Shown one piece after another: positions 28,820-39,550 of a stretch of 64,000 bases of DNA (position 1 is the first letter of the stretch; every line of letters begins with the position of its first letter). The DNA is taken from assembly GCA_965227515.1 (NCBI GenBank), contig CBDDFZ010000001.1:1152001-1216000 (forward strand). Direction: 5' to 3'. Below the pieces are notes generated by a model. It saw nothing but the letters and a program-made list of their open reading frames with translations, did no database searches and had not been told where the DNA came from. Position numbers and translations under genes: made by a program. The stretch is from Alphaproteobacteria bacterium (GTDB taxonomy: Bacteria > Pseudomonadota > Alphaproteobacteria > CALKHQ01).

Positions 28820-29436
28820 GGCGCGAGCCTGCCGAGCTCGAAATACGCGCCGCTGCTCCACACCCCGAGCACATTGTCGTGACCGGCATCGCCGTTTTCG
28901 GTCGCCAGGGCCACGTCGACCAGATGGTAAAACACCGGGCGCGCCAGCCGCGCCTCCAGCCGGTCGCGGACGTGGACGTAGGGCGACGGTTCGCCGGATT
29001 CGGGGTCGATCTCGACCCGCAGCGGGTGGTCGGCGCCGGCGGTAACCCAGTCGTCCAGATTGGTGCGGAACTTCAGCGTCTGGCCGCGGCCCCGGCCGTC
29101 GACCGCCATTTCCACCGCGATGAAAGGGGCATCGTCCACATCGATGACGCCGCGCTCCACGGGGGTCACCAGCCAGAAGCGCCCGTCATCATCTCGCCGT
29201 AATACGCTTGCAAACAATTTGACCAGCGCTTTGCGGCCGATCGGCGAGCCGTGATACAACCACGTACCGTCCCGGGCGATCCGCATGTCAAAGTGTCCGC
29301 AACTTTCGTCCGCGTATGATTTGGTGTCGCCAATTGGCACGGACGATGCAGAGTTTCCGAGAGACGACAACCCAAGGGACGACAGGGCGCGACTGGCGGC
29401 GTGGTCACGCGAGGTTTCGGCGGGGTTTCGGGACAT
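28816..29436 (-). CDS. DUF1285 family protein
   Basis: CG.FDMRIARDGTWLYHGSPIGRKALVKLFASVL, LVTPVE, DAPFIAV, FRTNLDD, PYV.VR..LEA. Confidence 0.92.
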   Translation of the reverse strand: MSRNPAETSRDHAASRALSSLGLSSLGNSASSVPIGDTKSYADESCGHFDMRIARDGTWLYHGSPIGRKALVKLFASVLRRDDDGRFWLVTPVERGVIDVDDAPFIAVEMAVDGRGRGQTLKFRTNLDDWVTAGADHPLRVEIDPESGEPSPYVHVRDRLEARLARPVFYHLVDVALATENGDAGHDNVLGVWSSGAYFELGRLAP

Positions 29437-29520
29437 CTCTACTGCTCGAAATCGTGATCGTTCATCCGCCGCGGGTTTGACCTATATGGTATCGACAAGG
29501 CCACTATGGGAGAGGCAAGC

Positions 29521-30567
<1,047 letters not shown>

Positions 30568-30583
30568 GCCCGGCGAGCGCTTC

Positions 30584-31459
30584 GTGTCACTCGCGATCCA
30601 GCAACGCGCCGAACACATTGCCGGCACTCTGCCGCCCCTGCTGGCGGCGGCGGAGCGGATTGCCGCCAATGTCACGCCCGGCGGCCACGGCCGCCGCCGC
30701 GTCGGCCCCGGCGATGCGTTCTGGCAGTACCGCCGCTACGACCATGGCGATCCGGTGCAGCGCATCGACTGGCGGCGCTCGGCCAAGGGCGACCACCTGT
30801 TCGTGCGCGAGCGCGAGTGGGAGGCGGCGCAGTCGGTGTGGCTGTGGTGCGACCAGTCGCCGTCGTCGCGCTATGCCAGCCACCGGACGCTGCCGGAGAA
30901 GGCCGACCGCAACGCGATCCTGGGCCTGGCCCTGGCGGCCCTGCTGGTGCGCGGCGACGAGCGCATCGGCCTGTTGTCGGACGATGACGGGCCGGGCCTG
31001 CGCGCTGCCTCCGGGCGCGCGGCGCTGAACCGGCTGGCGGAGGCCATGCTGTCGCGGCGCGGCGAGGCGAAGGCCAGCCTGCCCCACGCCGATGCGGTGC
31101 CGCGTCACGCCCATGTGGTGCTGATCGGCGATTTGCTGGCGCCGTTGCAGGAAACCGAGACCGTGGTGCAGCAATTGCTGTCCAGGCGGACCAAGGGCCA
31201 CCTGGTGCACGTGCTGGACCCGGCGGAGACCAGCCTGCCGTTCACCGGCCGTACCCGGTTTGAGGGCATGGAGGCGGAGGGCTCGTTGCTGATCCGCCGC
31301 TCCGAGGCCATTCGCGACGATTATCGCGGCCGGCTGGACAGCCACATCGCGGGTCTGCGCGACCTCGCGCGGCGCACCGGCTGGACCTACAATCTGCATG
31401 TCACCGACGGGTCGCCGGAGAGCGCCTTGCTGTCGCTCTACATGGCGATCGCAGGGTAG
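30584..31459 (+). CDS. DUF58 family protein (VWA-like MoxR partner)
   Basis: G.HGRRR.G.G..FWQYR.Y..GD..RIDWRRSAK, DPAE..LPF.GR.RF. Confidence 0.93.
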   Translation: MSLAIQQRAEHIAGTLPPLLAAAERIAANVTPGGHGRRRVGPGDAFWQYRRYDHGDPVQRIDWRRSAKGDHLFVREREWEAAQSVWLWCDQSPSSRYASHRTLPEKADRNAILGLALAALLVRGDERIGLLSDDDGPGLRAASGRAALNRLAEAMLSRRGEAKASLPHADAVPRHAHVVLIGDLLAPLQETETVVQQLLSRRTKGHLVHVLDPAETSLPFTGRTRFEGMEAEGSLLIRRSEAIRDDYRGRLDSHIAGLRDLARRTGWTYNLHVTDGSPESALLSLYMAIAG

Positions 31460-31471
31460 GGGGCGGCAAAC

Positions 31472-34234
31472 ATGCTCACCCTCGGCGCTCTGGCGTTTAC
31501 CGCACCGTGGATCCTGGCCGCGCTGATCGCGCTGCCGATCATCTGGTGGTTGCTGCGCGTCACCCCGCCGGCGCCGAAGCGGGTGCTTTTCCCGGCGATC
31601 CGCCTGCTGTTCCAGATTCGCCAGCGCGAGGAAACACCGGCGCGCACGCCGTGGTGGCTGATCCTGCTGCGCCTGGTTCTGGCAGCCCTGGTGATCCTGT
31701 CGCTGGCCGGGCCGGTGCTCAATCCGTCGTCGACCGGCGGCGGCTCCGACCCGCTGGTCGTGATCGTCGACAATGGCTGGACCTCGGCACGGCAATGGGA
31801 TGCGCGCCAGGCGATGCTGGATGATTTGCTCGCCCAGGCGGAGCGCGACGGCCGCACGGTCGCGGTGCTGACCTCCGCGCCCCAGGCGACCGGCGAGCCG
31901 CCCCGGGTGACCGAGTTCATGGCCGCCGTCGACGCACGCGCGTTCGTGCAGAGCCTGGCGCCGCAGCCGTGGCCGGTCGACCGGGTCGCGCTGGCCGGCG
32001 CCGTCGATGCGTTGACGGTCGACGGCCCGGCGCAGACGATCTGGCTGGCCGATGGCGTGCGCAACGACGACGGCGACATGATCGAGGAGATCCTGGAGCA
32101 GGCGCAGCGCTGGGGCCGTGTCACCGTGGTGCGCGACGACCCGCGCGACAGTGCGCGCATGGTCGGCGAGGTGCGGCTGGACGGCGACAGCCTGATAGTG
32201 CCGGTGCACCGCCTGCCGGACGCCGCCCCGGATGTGCTGACCGTCGTCGCCTATGCCAGCGACGGCCGGGTGCTGGCCCGCGTCGACACCACGTTCGGCG
32301 AGGCCGAGGACACCGCCGAGGCCGTGCTGAGCCTGCCGAGCGAGGTGCGTAACGAGCTCGGCCGGGTCGATATCGAAGGCGAGGCCAGCGCCGGTGCGGT
32401 CGCGCTGATCGACAGCCGCTGGCAGCGCCGCCCGGTCGGCCTGATCACCGATCAGGTTGACGACAGCGCGCAACCGCTGCTCGGCGAGCTCTATTATGTC
32501 GAACGCGCGCTCGACCCCTTTGCCGAACTGGTGCGCGGCCCGCTGGACGAGATCGCGACCGACAGCGTCTCGGTGCTGGCGCTGACCGACAGCCGCGCGC
32601 TGAGCGACGACGAGATCCAGGACCTGACGACCTGGATCAGCAATGGTGGCGTGCTGGTCCGCTTCGCCGGGCCGCGCCTGGCCGAGGAGGATGACGGGCT
32701 GGTGCCGGTGCCGTTGCGCTTCGGCGACCGCCAGACCGGCGGCGCGATGTCCTGGAGCGAGCCGGTCAGCCTGGCGTCGTTCGATGACAACAGCCCGTTC
32801 CGTGGCCTGGTGGTGCCGCCCGACGTGCTGATCGAGCGCCAGGTGCTGGCCCAGCCGACCGTTGACCTGGGCTCGCGCACATGGGCGCGGCTCGACGACG
32901 GCACCCCGCTGGTCACCGCGCAGCAGATCGGCGACGGCTGGCTGGTGCTGTTCCACGTCACCGCCAACACCAACTGGTCGACCCTGCCGCTGTCCGGCCT
33001 GTTCGTGGACATGCTGCGCCGGCTGGTCGACATCAGCGCCGGTGTCATCGCCGGCGAGGGCGAGAGCGGCGGCCCGCTGCAACCGGTAGAGCTGCTGAAC
33101 GGCTTCGGCCAGCTGGTCGACTCCAGCCCGATCGCGGCGGCCATCGACCCCGCGACGTTCCAGGAGGTCGCCATCGGCCCGCGCAACCCGCCTGGCTTCT
33201 ATGGCCTGGACGCGGCGCGCACCGCGCTGAACATCGGCGAGCGTACGGCGTCGCTGGAGGCTTGGCCCGCGCTGCCGGCCGGCGTGGTGGAAATGGACTA
33301 CGCCACCGAGACCGAGATCGAGCTCGGCCACTGGCTACTCCTCGCCGCCTTCGTGCTGCTGCTGGTCGACATGCTGATCGGGCTCGCCCTGCGCGGCCTA
33401 CTGTCGCCGATGGCGCGCTCGCCGGCCGCGATCCTGATCATGGCCCTGGTGTGCGCCGCCGCGGCGCCGCCCAATGGCTATGCGCAGTCGGCTGGCGTGG
33501 CGGGCGACGATCTGGCGATCCTGGAGGCGGTCAGCTCGTTCCGCCTCGCCTATGTCGAGACCGGCATTCCCGAGATCGACGAGGTCAGCCGCGCCGGCTT
33601 GCAAGGGCTTTCCATCGTGCTGACCCAGCGCACCTCGGTGGAGCCGGGTGAGCCGGTGGGCGTCGACCCGAACACCGACGAGCTGGCCTTCTTCCCGCTG
33701 ATCTACTGGCCGGTGGTGCCGGAAGCCGCACCCCCGACGGCGGAGGGCACCCAGCGCCTGAACGACTATCTGCGCTTCGGCGGCGTGATCCTGTTCGACA
33801 CCCGCGACGCCGCCCCCGGGTCCGGCGGTGCGCTGGGCGGCGCCAGCGATGCCACCCTGGCGCTGCGCGGCATCGCCGAGGGGCTGGACATCCCGCCGCT
33901 GACCCCGACCCCGCCGAACCACGTGCTGGCGAAGGCGTTCTATCTGCTGGACGAGTTCCCCGGCCGCTTCGTCGGCGGCGATGTGTGGGTGGAGCAGGGC
34001 GAGGCACAGGTGAACGACGGCGTGTCGTCGGTGATCATCGGCGGCCACGACTGGGCCGGCGCCTGGGCGATCGATATGTATGGGCGCGGCGTGCTGCCGG
34101 TGCAGCCCGGCGGCGAGCGCCAGCGCGAGATGGCGTTCCGCTTCGGCGTCAATCTGGTGATGTACGCGCTGACCGGCAACTACAAGGCCGACCAGGTGCA
34201 CATTCCCGCCATTCTGGAACGGTTGGGGCAGTGA
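31472..34234 (+). CDS. BatA-type N-terminal double-TM / DUF4159 domain protein
   Basis: PW.L.AL..LP..WWLLR.TPP.P...FP; C-terminal FFPLIYWP, REMAFRFGVNLVMYALTGNYKADQVH. Confidence 0.92.
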   Translation: MLTLGALAFTAPWILAALIALPIIWWLLRVTPPAPKRVLFPAIRLLFQIRQREETPARTPWWLILLRLVLAALVILSLAGPVLNPSSTGGGSDPLVVIVDNGWTSARQWDARQAMLDDLLAQAERDGRTVAVLTSAPQATGEPPRVTEFMAAVDARAFVQSLAPQPWPVDRVALAGAVDALTVDGPAQTIWLADGVRNDDGDMIEEILEQAQRWGRVTVVRDDPRDSARMVGEVRLDGDSLIVPVHRLPDAAPDVLTVVAYASDGRVLARVDTTFGEAEDTAEAVLSLPSEVRNELGRVDIEGEASAGAVALIDSRWQRRPVGLITDQVDDSAQPLLGELYYVERALDPFAELVRGPLDEIATDSVSVLALTDSRALSDDEIQDLTTWISNGGVLVRFAGPRLAEEDDGLVPVPLRFGDRQTGGAMSWSEPVSLASFDDNSPFRGLVVPPDVLIERQVLAQPTVDLGSRTWARLDDGTPLVTAQQIGDGWLVLFHVTANTNWSTLPLSGLFVDMLRRLVDISAGVIAGEGESGGPLQPVELLNGFGQLVDSSPIAAAIDPATFQEVAIGPRNPPGFYGLDAARTALNIGERTASLEAWPALPAGVVEMDYATETEIELGHWLLLAAFVLLLVDMLIGLALRGLLSPMARSPAAILIMALVCAAAAPPNGYAQSAGVAGDDLAILEAVSSFRLAYVETGIPEIDEVSRAGLQGLSIVLTQRTSVEPGEPVGVDPNTDELAFFPLIYWPVVPEAAPPTAEGTQRLNDYLRFGGVILFDTRDAAPGSGGALGGASDATLALRGIAEGLDIPPLTPTPPNHVLAKAFYLLDEFPGRFVGGDVWVEQGEAQVNDGVSSVIIGGHDWAGAWAIDMYGRGVLPVQPGGERQREMAFRFGVNLVMYALTGNYKADQVHIPAILERLGQ

Positions 34235-34252
34235 TGGCGCGCCTCCTTCAAA

Positions 34253-34445
34253 CACCATCGTCGCCCTCGCCCTTGTGGCGAGGGCCCATGGCTGTGCCAT
34301 GCGTGGTGACTGCCAGGCCAATCGGAGTTCGTCCGCGCGTTGTTTCGCGTATGGGACAGGAATGGGTCCTCGCCACAAGGGCGAGGACGACGGTGAATGG
34401 TGGTAGGCAAGACGTGGATGCCCGCAACAAGTGCGGGCATGACGG
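34253..34445. repeat. CGTC-type REP cluster: inverted REP pair (REPIN, 34259-34289 and 34362-34392) plus a third unit (34414-34445)
   Basis: CGTCGCCCTCGCCCTTGTGGCGAGGGCCCAT ... ATGGGTCCTCGCCACAAGGGCGAGGACGACG, then GTGGATGCCCGCAACAAGTGCGGGCATGACGG. Confidence 0.9.
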
Positions 34446-34466
34446 CGAGGAAATTGGACCGGCCGC

Positions 34467-36614
34467 ATGACCGAAGCGATTTCCATCCACTTCGCCCCGG
34501 CGTTCGACTGGCCGTTCCTGATGGTGATGGCGGTCGGCATCGTGCTGGTGTCGGCCATCGGCATCTGGCGCGCTGCGCGCGGCGTGTGGTGGCGCCTGCT
34601 GGTCGGCCTGCTGGTGATCCTGGCGCTGGCCAACCCCTCGCTGATCGAGGAGCAGCGCGCGCCGCTGGACGACATCGCCATCGTGGTGGTGGACGAGAGC
34701 GCCAGCCAGCGCATCGGCGATCGCGAGGCGCAGACCGACGCGGCGCTGGCCGAGGTGATGGCGCAACTGGAGCAATTCGAGACCCTGAACGTGCGAGTCG
34801 TCAACGTGGAGGGCGGGGCCGCCGGCGCCGCCGACCAGGGCACGCTGATGTTCGAGGCGCTGGAGCGCGCGCTGACCGATGTGCCGCGCGACCGGCTGGC
34901 CGGCATCATCGCGCTGAGCGACGGCCAGATCCACGACGCCCCCGCCGCCGAGGGCCTGGCGCCGCAATCCGACGCCGCCGACGAGGACCCCGAGGCGGGC
35001 GACAACCCCCTTGTCGGCACCGGTGGGCTGCCGTTCGCCGCTCCCTTCCACACGCTCCTGACCGGCTCGCCGGACGACCGCGACCGCCGCCTGCAGATCG
35101 TGGAGGCGCCCTCGTTCGGGCTGGTCGGCCGCGACCAGATCGCCACCATCGTGGTCGAGGACACCGCCGGCAACGGGTCCATCGCCGACGTCACCGTGCG
35201 CCAGAACGGCGAGGTGACCGCGACCCTGCCCGTCATCATCGGCGAGGAGACCGAGATCACGCTCCCCATCGAGCATGCCGGCTCCAACGTGTTCGAGTTC
35301 GAGGTGGCGCCCGGCGAGGACGAGCTGACCATCGTCAACAACCGCGCCGTCGTCGACGTGAACGGCGTGCGCGACCGGCTGCGCGTGCTGCTGGTCTCCG
35401 GCGAGCCGCACGCGGGCGAGCGCTCGTGGCGCGACCTCCTCAAGTCCGACCCGTCGGTCGACCTGATCCACTTCACCATTCTCCGCCCGCCGGAGAAGAA
35501 CGACAACACGCCGGTGACCGAGCTGTCGCTGATCAGCTTCCCGGTGCGCGAGCTGTTCGAGATCCAGATCGACGAGTTCGACCTGATCATCTTCGACCGC
35601 TATCGCCGCCGTGGCGTGCTGCCGCCGGTCTACCTCGACAACATCGCACGCTACGTCGAGAACGGCGGCGCGTTCCTGGAGGCGGTCGGCCCCACGTTCG
35701 CCACGCCTCTGAGCCTGTTCTACACCCCGCTGGGCGACGTGCTGCCCGGCACGCCGAACGGCGAGGTCTATGAGGAAGGCTTCCTGCCCGAGATCACCGA
35801 GATCGGGCTGAGGCACCCGGTGACCGACCCGCTGACCAGCTTCATCGGCGAGGACGGGTTGCCGACCTGGGGCCGCTGGTTCCGCCAGATCGGCAACCGG
35901 CCGACCAGCGGGGCGACGGTGATGACCGGCGTTGCCGGCGAGCCGCTGCTGATCCTGGACCGGGTCGGCGAGGGGCGGGTCGCCCAGCTGATGAGCGACC
36001 AGATCTGGCTGTGGGCGCGCGGGTTCGAGGGCGGCGGGCCGCAGCAGGAGTTGCTGCGCCGCGTCGCCCACTGGCTGATGCGCGAGCCGGCGCTGGAAGA
36101 GGACGTGCTGCGCGCCGACGTGGAGGGCGACCAGATCGTCGTCGAGCGGCGCACGCTGGAGGATACCGACGCGCCGGTCGAGGTGACGTTCCCCGATGGC
36201 GAGACCGTGACCATCGAGCTTGGCCCGGCCGACGAGCATGGCGTGGCGCGCGGCGCGCTGGCGGTGGGCGACGCGGGCTTATACCGGCTGGACGACGGCA
36301 CCCGGGTGGCGCTGGCCGCGGTCGGCGGCCTCAACCCGGTCGAGTATGCCGACGTGCGCGCGACCCCGGCGCTCTTGTCCCCGGTCGCAGCGGCCACCGG
36401 CGGCGGCATCTCATGGCTCAGCGAGGACGGGGTGCCCGACATCCGCATGGTCCGCCCCGACCGCCCGGCCTCCGGCACCGACTGGATCGGGCTCCGCGCA
36501 AACGGCGACTACGTCGTCACCGGCGTCCGCGACATCCCCCTGCTGCCCCCGCTCGCCGTGCTGATCCTGGTGCTGGGCGCACTTTTGGTTGCGTGGCGGC
36601 GAGAGGGTCGATAG
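34467..36614 (+). CDS. Membrane protein with glutamine-amidotransferase-like domain (last gene of the MoxR operon)
   Basis: RLRVLLVSGEPHAGER.WR.LLKSDPSVDL.HFTILRPP, FDLIIFDRY, WLWARG.EGGGP, HWLM.EP.LEE. Confidence 0.9.
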   Translation: MTEAISIHFAPAFDWPFLMVMAVGIVLVSAIGIWRAARGVWWRLLVGLLVILALANPSLIEEQRAPLDDIAIVVVDESASQRIGDREAQTDAALAEVMAQLEQFETLNVRVVNVEGGAAGAADQGTLMFEALERALTDVPRDRLAGIIALSDGQIHDAPAAEGLAPQSDAADEDPEAGDNPLVGTGGLPFAAPFHTLLTGSPDDRDRRLQIVEAPSFGLVGRDQIATIVVEDTAGNGSIADVTVRQNGEVTATLPVIIGEETEITLPIEHAGSNVFEFEVAPGEDELTIVNNRAVVDVNGVRDRLRVLLVSGEPHAGERSWRDLLKSDPSVDLIHFTILRPPEKNDNTPVTELSLISFPVRELFEIQIDEFDLIIFDRYRRRGVLPPVYLDNIARYVENGGAFLEAVGPTFATPLSLFYTPLGDVLPGTPNGEVYEEGFLPEITEIGLRHPVTDPLTSFIGEDGLPTWGRWFRQIGNRPTSGATVMTGVAGEPLLILDRVGEGRVAQLMSDQIWLWARGFEGGGPQQELLRRVAHWLMREPALEEDVLRADVEGDQIVVERRTLEDTDAPVEVTFPDGETVTIELGPADEHGVARGALAVGDAGLYRLDDGTRVALAAVGGLNPVEYADVRATPALLSPVAAATGGGISWLSEDGVPDIRMVRPDRPASGTDWIGLRANGDYVVTGVRDIPLLPPLAVLILVLGALLVAWRREGR

Positions 36615-36688
36615 ACTTACCCGTTATCAGTAGATAGGTTTTTGAGGACGGCAATAGGTACAAGTCTAAAATTCCAGGGGACCATTAG

Positions 36689-37636
36689 ATGAGATGGCTT
36701 GCATATTCCTTGGCAATTCAAATTGTGATTCTGGCGATAATTGTGGCGTGCCAAGTCTTAGAAGTCTATAATTTGGATAAGGAGCCATTGTTTCTTCTGC
36801 TTATATCTGTATCTTTAGCATTACTCGTTGTCACGCTTACGGGCGCGTTGAGCGATAAGTCTAAAGGCGCCTCGCCGATTGACACAGAGCCAGCTGTCAA
36901 TTCGACTAACACGAACAACGAAACAATGGAGGACGCGCAATCTTCAAAGAGAGATAATCTGACGCGACCACGGGCGACCGCTGTATTATCCGAAATCCAG
37001 ATAGGTTTTCTTAAGATTCGGGAAATTGTCTTATCCAGTGCCATTGTCGAGGTAATTGCTTTTGCAATTTTCACTTGGGGAATTTTGTACTTCACTTCCG
37101 ATCATGTGCAGCAGATTCAAGAAAGAAATGAGAACGAGATTGCGCGCCTGGAGGGTTTGTATCATCAACTTGCAATGGGTACAAATGACTATCCCATAGA
37201 GTTTCGACTCTCTGTAGATTGTGGACAAAATATCAAGCCTTACTATGCTTACATCCCACAGAATTGGCTGAACTCACCTGAGGCGATCAATACAAAAGAC
37301 TTCAACCCTGACTATGGAATTCTTCTCTCAGAAGATGATTCGGACCGCTTTGTTCTTGTCTCTCAGCGCCTGGTTGACCGGGACTTCCTGAGCCAAATGG
37401 ATAGGTTCTTCGTGAATTCGAGGATGGAAACGCATGAGTTGCAGCCTGTGCCACTGCAAGATGTGTTCGCAGAACGAAAGGGCGGATTGGAGTTTGAGAT
37501 CAATGTTGAGACCTACAGAAATGATTCAAGTACCAACGAATCGTTGGAGTTCCGGAAGCGCATTGTCCTAGCGCTTAGTATGAACAGCGAACTTTCCACG
37601 GACACCATTCAAATTTGTGGAGAGGAGGGCGGTTAA
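36689..37636 (+). CDS. AT-rich hypothetical membrane protein (three TM segments plus a soluble C-terminal domain)
   Basis: Single long ORF in an AT-rich segment; hydrophobic stretches at about aa 4-24, 33-54 and 112-135. Confidence 0.75.
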   Translation: MRWLAYSLAIQIVILAIIVACQVLEVYNLDKEPLFLLLISVSLALLVVTLTGALSDKSKGASPIDTEPAVNSTNTNNETMEDAQSSKRDNLTRPRATAVLSEIQIGFLKIREIVLSSAIVEVIAFAIFTWGILYFTSDHVQQIQERNENEIARLEGLYHQLAMGTNDYPIEFRLSVDCGQNIKPYYAYIPQNWLNSPEAINTKDFNPDYGILLSEDDSDRFVLVSQRLVDRDFLSQMDRFFVNSRMETHELQPVPLQDVFAERKGGLEFEINVETYRNDSSTNESLEFRKRIVLALSMNSELSTDTIQICGEEGG

Positions 37637-39111
37637 TGTGCTTAGATTTGACAATATTGTGCTTTAAAAAATTTGTTCAAATACAAATAGGCCAATTTAT
37701 TCTATTTTCAGTACTGATAGCCATGTCTAATCAACAATCTTTTGGGCAGGGTGTTGTTGAGATACCAGCGGCTGACTTATATTTGCGACTGGCCGAGGAA
37801 TATCACGCAGACGGCCCAACATTTTTGGGTAAATTTGACGCGTTATTTCAGACAGAGACAGAGGATCACGCCAAAAGGTTTACAGAATTTGTTCTTAGTC
37901 GATTAATAGATGACAGTTCAGGATCTGAAAATATTGGATATAGGCAAGCAGATTTTCTCATATCTGCATTGTCAGAGGAATACTGGAGTGGAATTTGGAA
38001 TATACACGCAAGTCAGGAGGAGTTCTTCATTGATAAAATTTATGAACTGTACTTAAGTGAATCAAATCAACGCGATCGCGCAGCGCTAGATAATATACTT
38101 GCTCGTTCGCCAGGACTTTTCTTCTCGGCTCAGGCGATTAAACTGAGCCCGGGTGACTTAGATTCTTATGAATTGAAGCTATTGTTGCTCATCGAGATGG
38201 CAAAGTTTACAGACAGTCGATTTGCACTGGCGGCTGCAATTGAATACTCGGATGTGCTAGTAGAGAGATGGGTAAATGAAAATGAAGGTGTGGAGTCACT
38301 GTTCGAGTCTGAGGCAATTCTCTGTTCAATAATGGCGGATAGAAGCTGCTTCTGCGAGAACGGCGATGTCGAGAATTGCCCCGCTCCACAGCCGGGTTGG
38401 CTGGCACCGACTCGATACTTCATTTCCTCGCAGAACTTGGAGACATTTAACTCAGACTTGCGAAGGCGCGCAAGGGAAGGGTGGCGACTGGCAAATGACA
38501 TTGTTTTCCGACTTTATTTGCTCCGAACCATGCAAAATCAGTTTGTTAGGAATGTCTATCCGGAAGCGGCGGTAATCTATCTGGAGAGTTGGGACCCTGT
38601 AGAAGAAAATGGACAGCTTCAAGGCTTCGAGTCGGCGCCGACCGATGGAAATTTCATAGATGGTGTGTTTATGGGAAACATGTGGGATGGATTTGTATAT
38701 GAAGGTCTTTCGGAGTACGTAAATACTACATCGTTGGGGGATCAGCTCAGGGAATTGGGTGAGCCAGAGATCGAAGCCGCAAGCAATGGAGAGATGGTGG
38801 CTGAGTTGGGGCGAATAATTAGTGCTTTTGATTTCTTGAGTTGGACGGTTTTTGCACAGTCTTTTTTGCGAGAGGATGAGGCGCAGGCGGCTTTATCTGC
38901 AATATACTCTTGTTTTTTGGAGGAAATTGGAGGTTCGGATGACCAGTGGAGTTCCTTTGATCCGAGAGTAACAACACCGAATTCAAGTGGGTATATTGGT
39001 GTAGCATTTGGGCAATTTGATCTGACAGATTCAGAACGAGAGTTAATTGAGTCGTTTTTACTGACGTGTGGATATGATTCGTTTTGGTCGACTCGTGGCG
39101 TAATTCATTAG
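37636..39111 (+). CDS. AT-rich acidic hypothetical protein, probably exported; possible SPOR-like C-terminus
   Basis: GAGGAGG RBS and TAATG overlap with the upstream gene; hydrophobic N-terminus; Cys cluster; C-terminal WTVFAQSFLREDEAQAAL. Confidence 0.75.
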   Translation: MCLDLTILCFKKFVQIQIGQFILFSVLIAMSNQQSFGQGVVEIPAADLYLRLAEEYHADGPTFLGKFDALFQTETEDHAKRFTEFVLSRLIDDSSGSENIGYRQADFLISALSEEYWSGIWNIHASQEEFFIDKIYELYLSESNQRDRAALDNILARSPGLFFSAQAIKLSPGDLDSYELKLLLLIEMAKFTDSRFALAAAIEYSDVLVERWVNENEGVESLFESEAILCSIMADRSCFCENGDVENCPAPQPGWLAPTRYFISSQNLETFNSDLRRRAREGWRLANDIVFRLYLLRTMQNQFVRNVYPEAAVIYLESWDPVEENGQLQGFESAPTDGNFIDGVFMGNMWDGFVYEGLSEYVNTTSLGDQLRELGEPEIEAASNGEMVAELGRIISAFDFLSWTVFAQSFLREDEAQAALSAIYSCFLEEIGGSDDQWSSFDPRVTTPNSSGYIGVAFGQFDLTDSERELIESFLLTCGYDSFWSTRGVIH

Positions 39112-39139
39112 CACAGGCAGCTAATGGCTCACTTCGCGC

Positions 39140-39372
39140 TGTCGATTTCAGCCGGTCGGGCGCGCGGTCGTAGCCATAGGCATAGACCGTCTCCTCGCCC
39201 TCGCCGATTTCCCGCGCGCCATTGACCGCCACTGCGGACTGTTGGGCGGAGGCCAGTGCGTTGTCGTCCTCTTGCTCAAGCTCCTGCGTTGCCCTGCCCG
39301 TGCAATAGGTGACGTGCGTGTTGCTTACCTCGGGCCGAACTTGGCGCGCTGCCCTGCGAGCTTGTTGGCCAT
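39140..39372 (-). pseudogene. Degraded T5orf172/GIY-YIG-like nuclease gene remnant
   Basis: GGAGG RBS plus ATG 39372 (MANKLAGQRAKFGPR*). Another frame continues ...REIGEGEETVYAYGYDRAPDRLK and breaks off at the island edge, where KIG would be expected. Confidence 0.45.
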
Positions 39373-39550
39373 GGCGTTGTCCTCCGTGCGGGCAGGCTAC
39401 GTGTTGCCCCAACTGCTTGTCACGATTGGCCGACAGTCCGAGGGTCAGTATCGGTCGTGGCGCGAGCGGTGGAATTCATCACCGGCGCTCGGCCGGGCTT
39501 TCTTTGTCGGCACTTGATCCAGGATGACGGCGATCGTGCCACCCCTCCAT

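Noticed and set aside
36615-39140. Prophage, IS or integrative element as the source of the AT-rich island
   Set aside because: No integrase, transposase, terminal repeats, att duplication or tRNA is visible.
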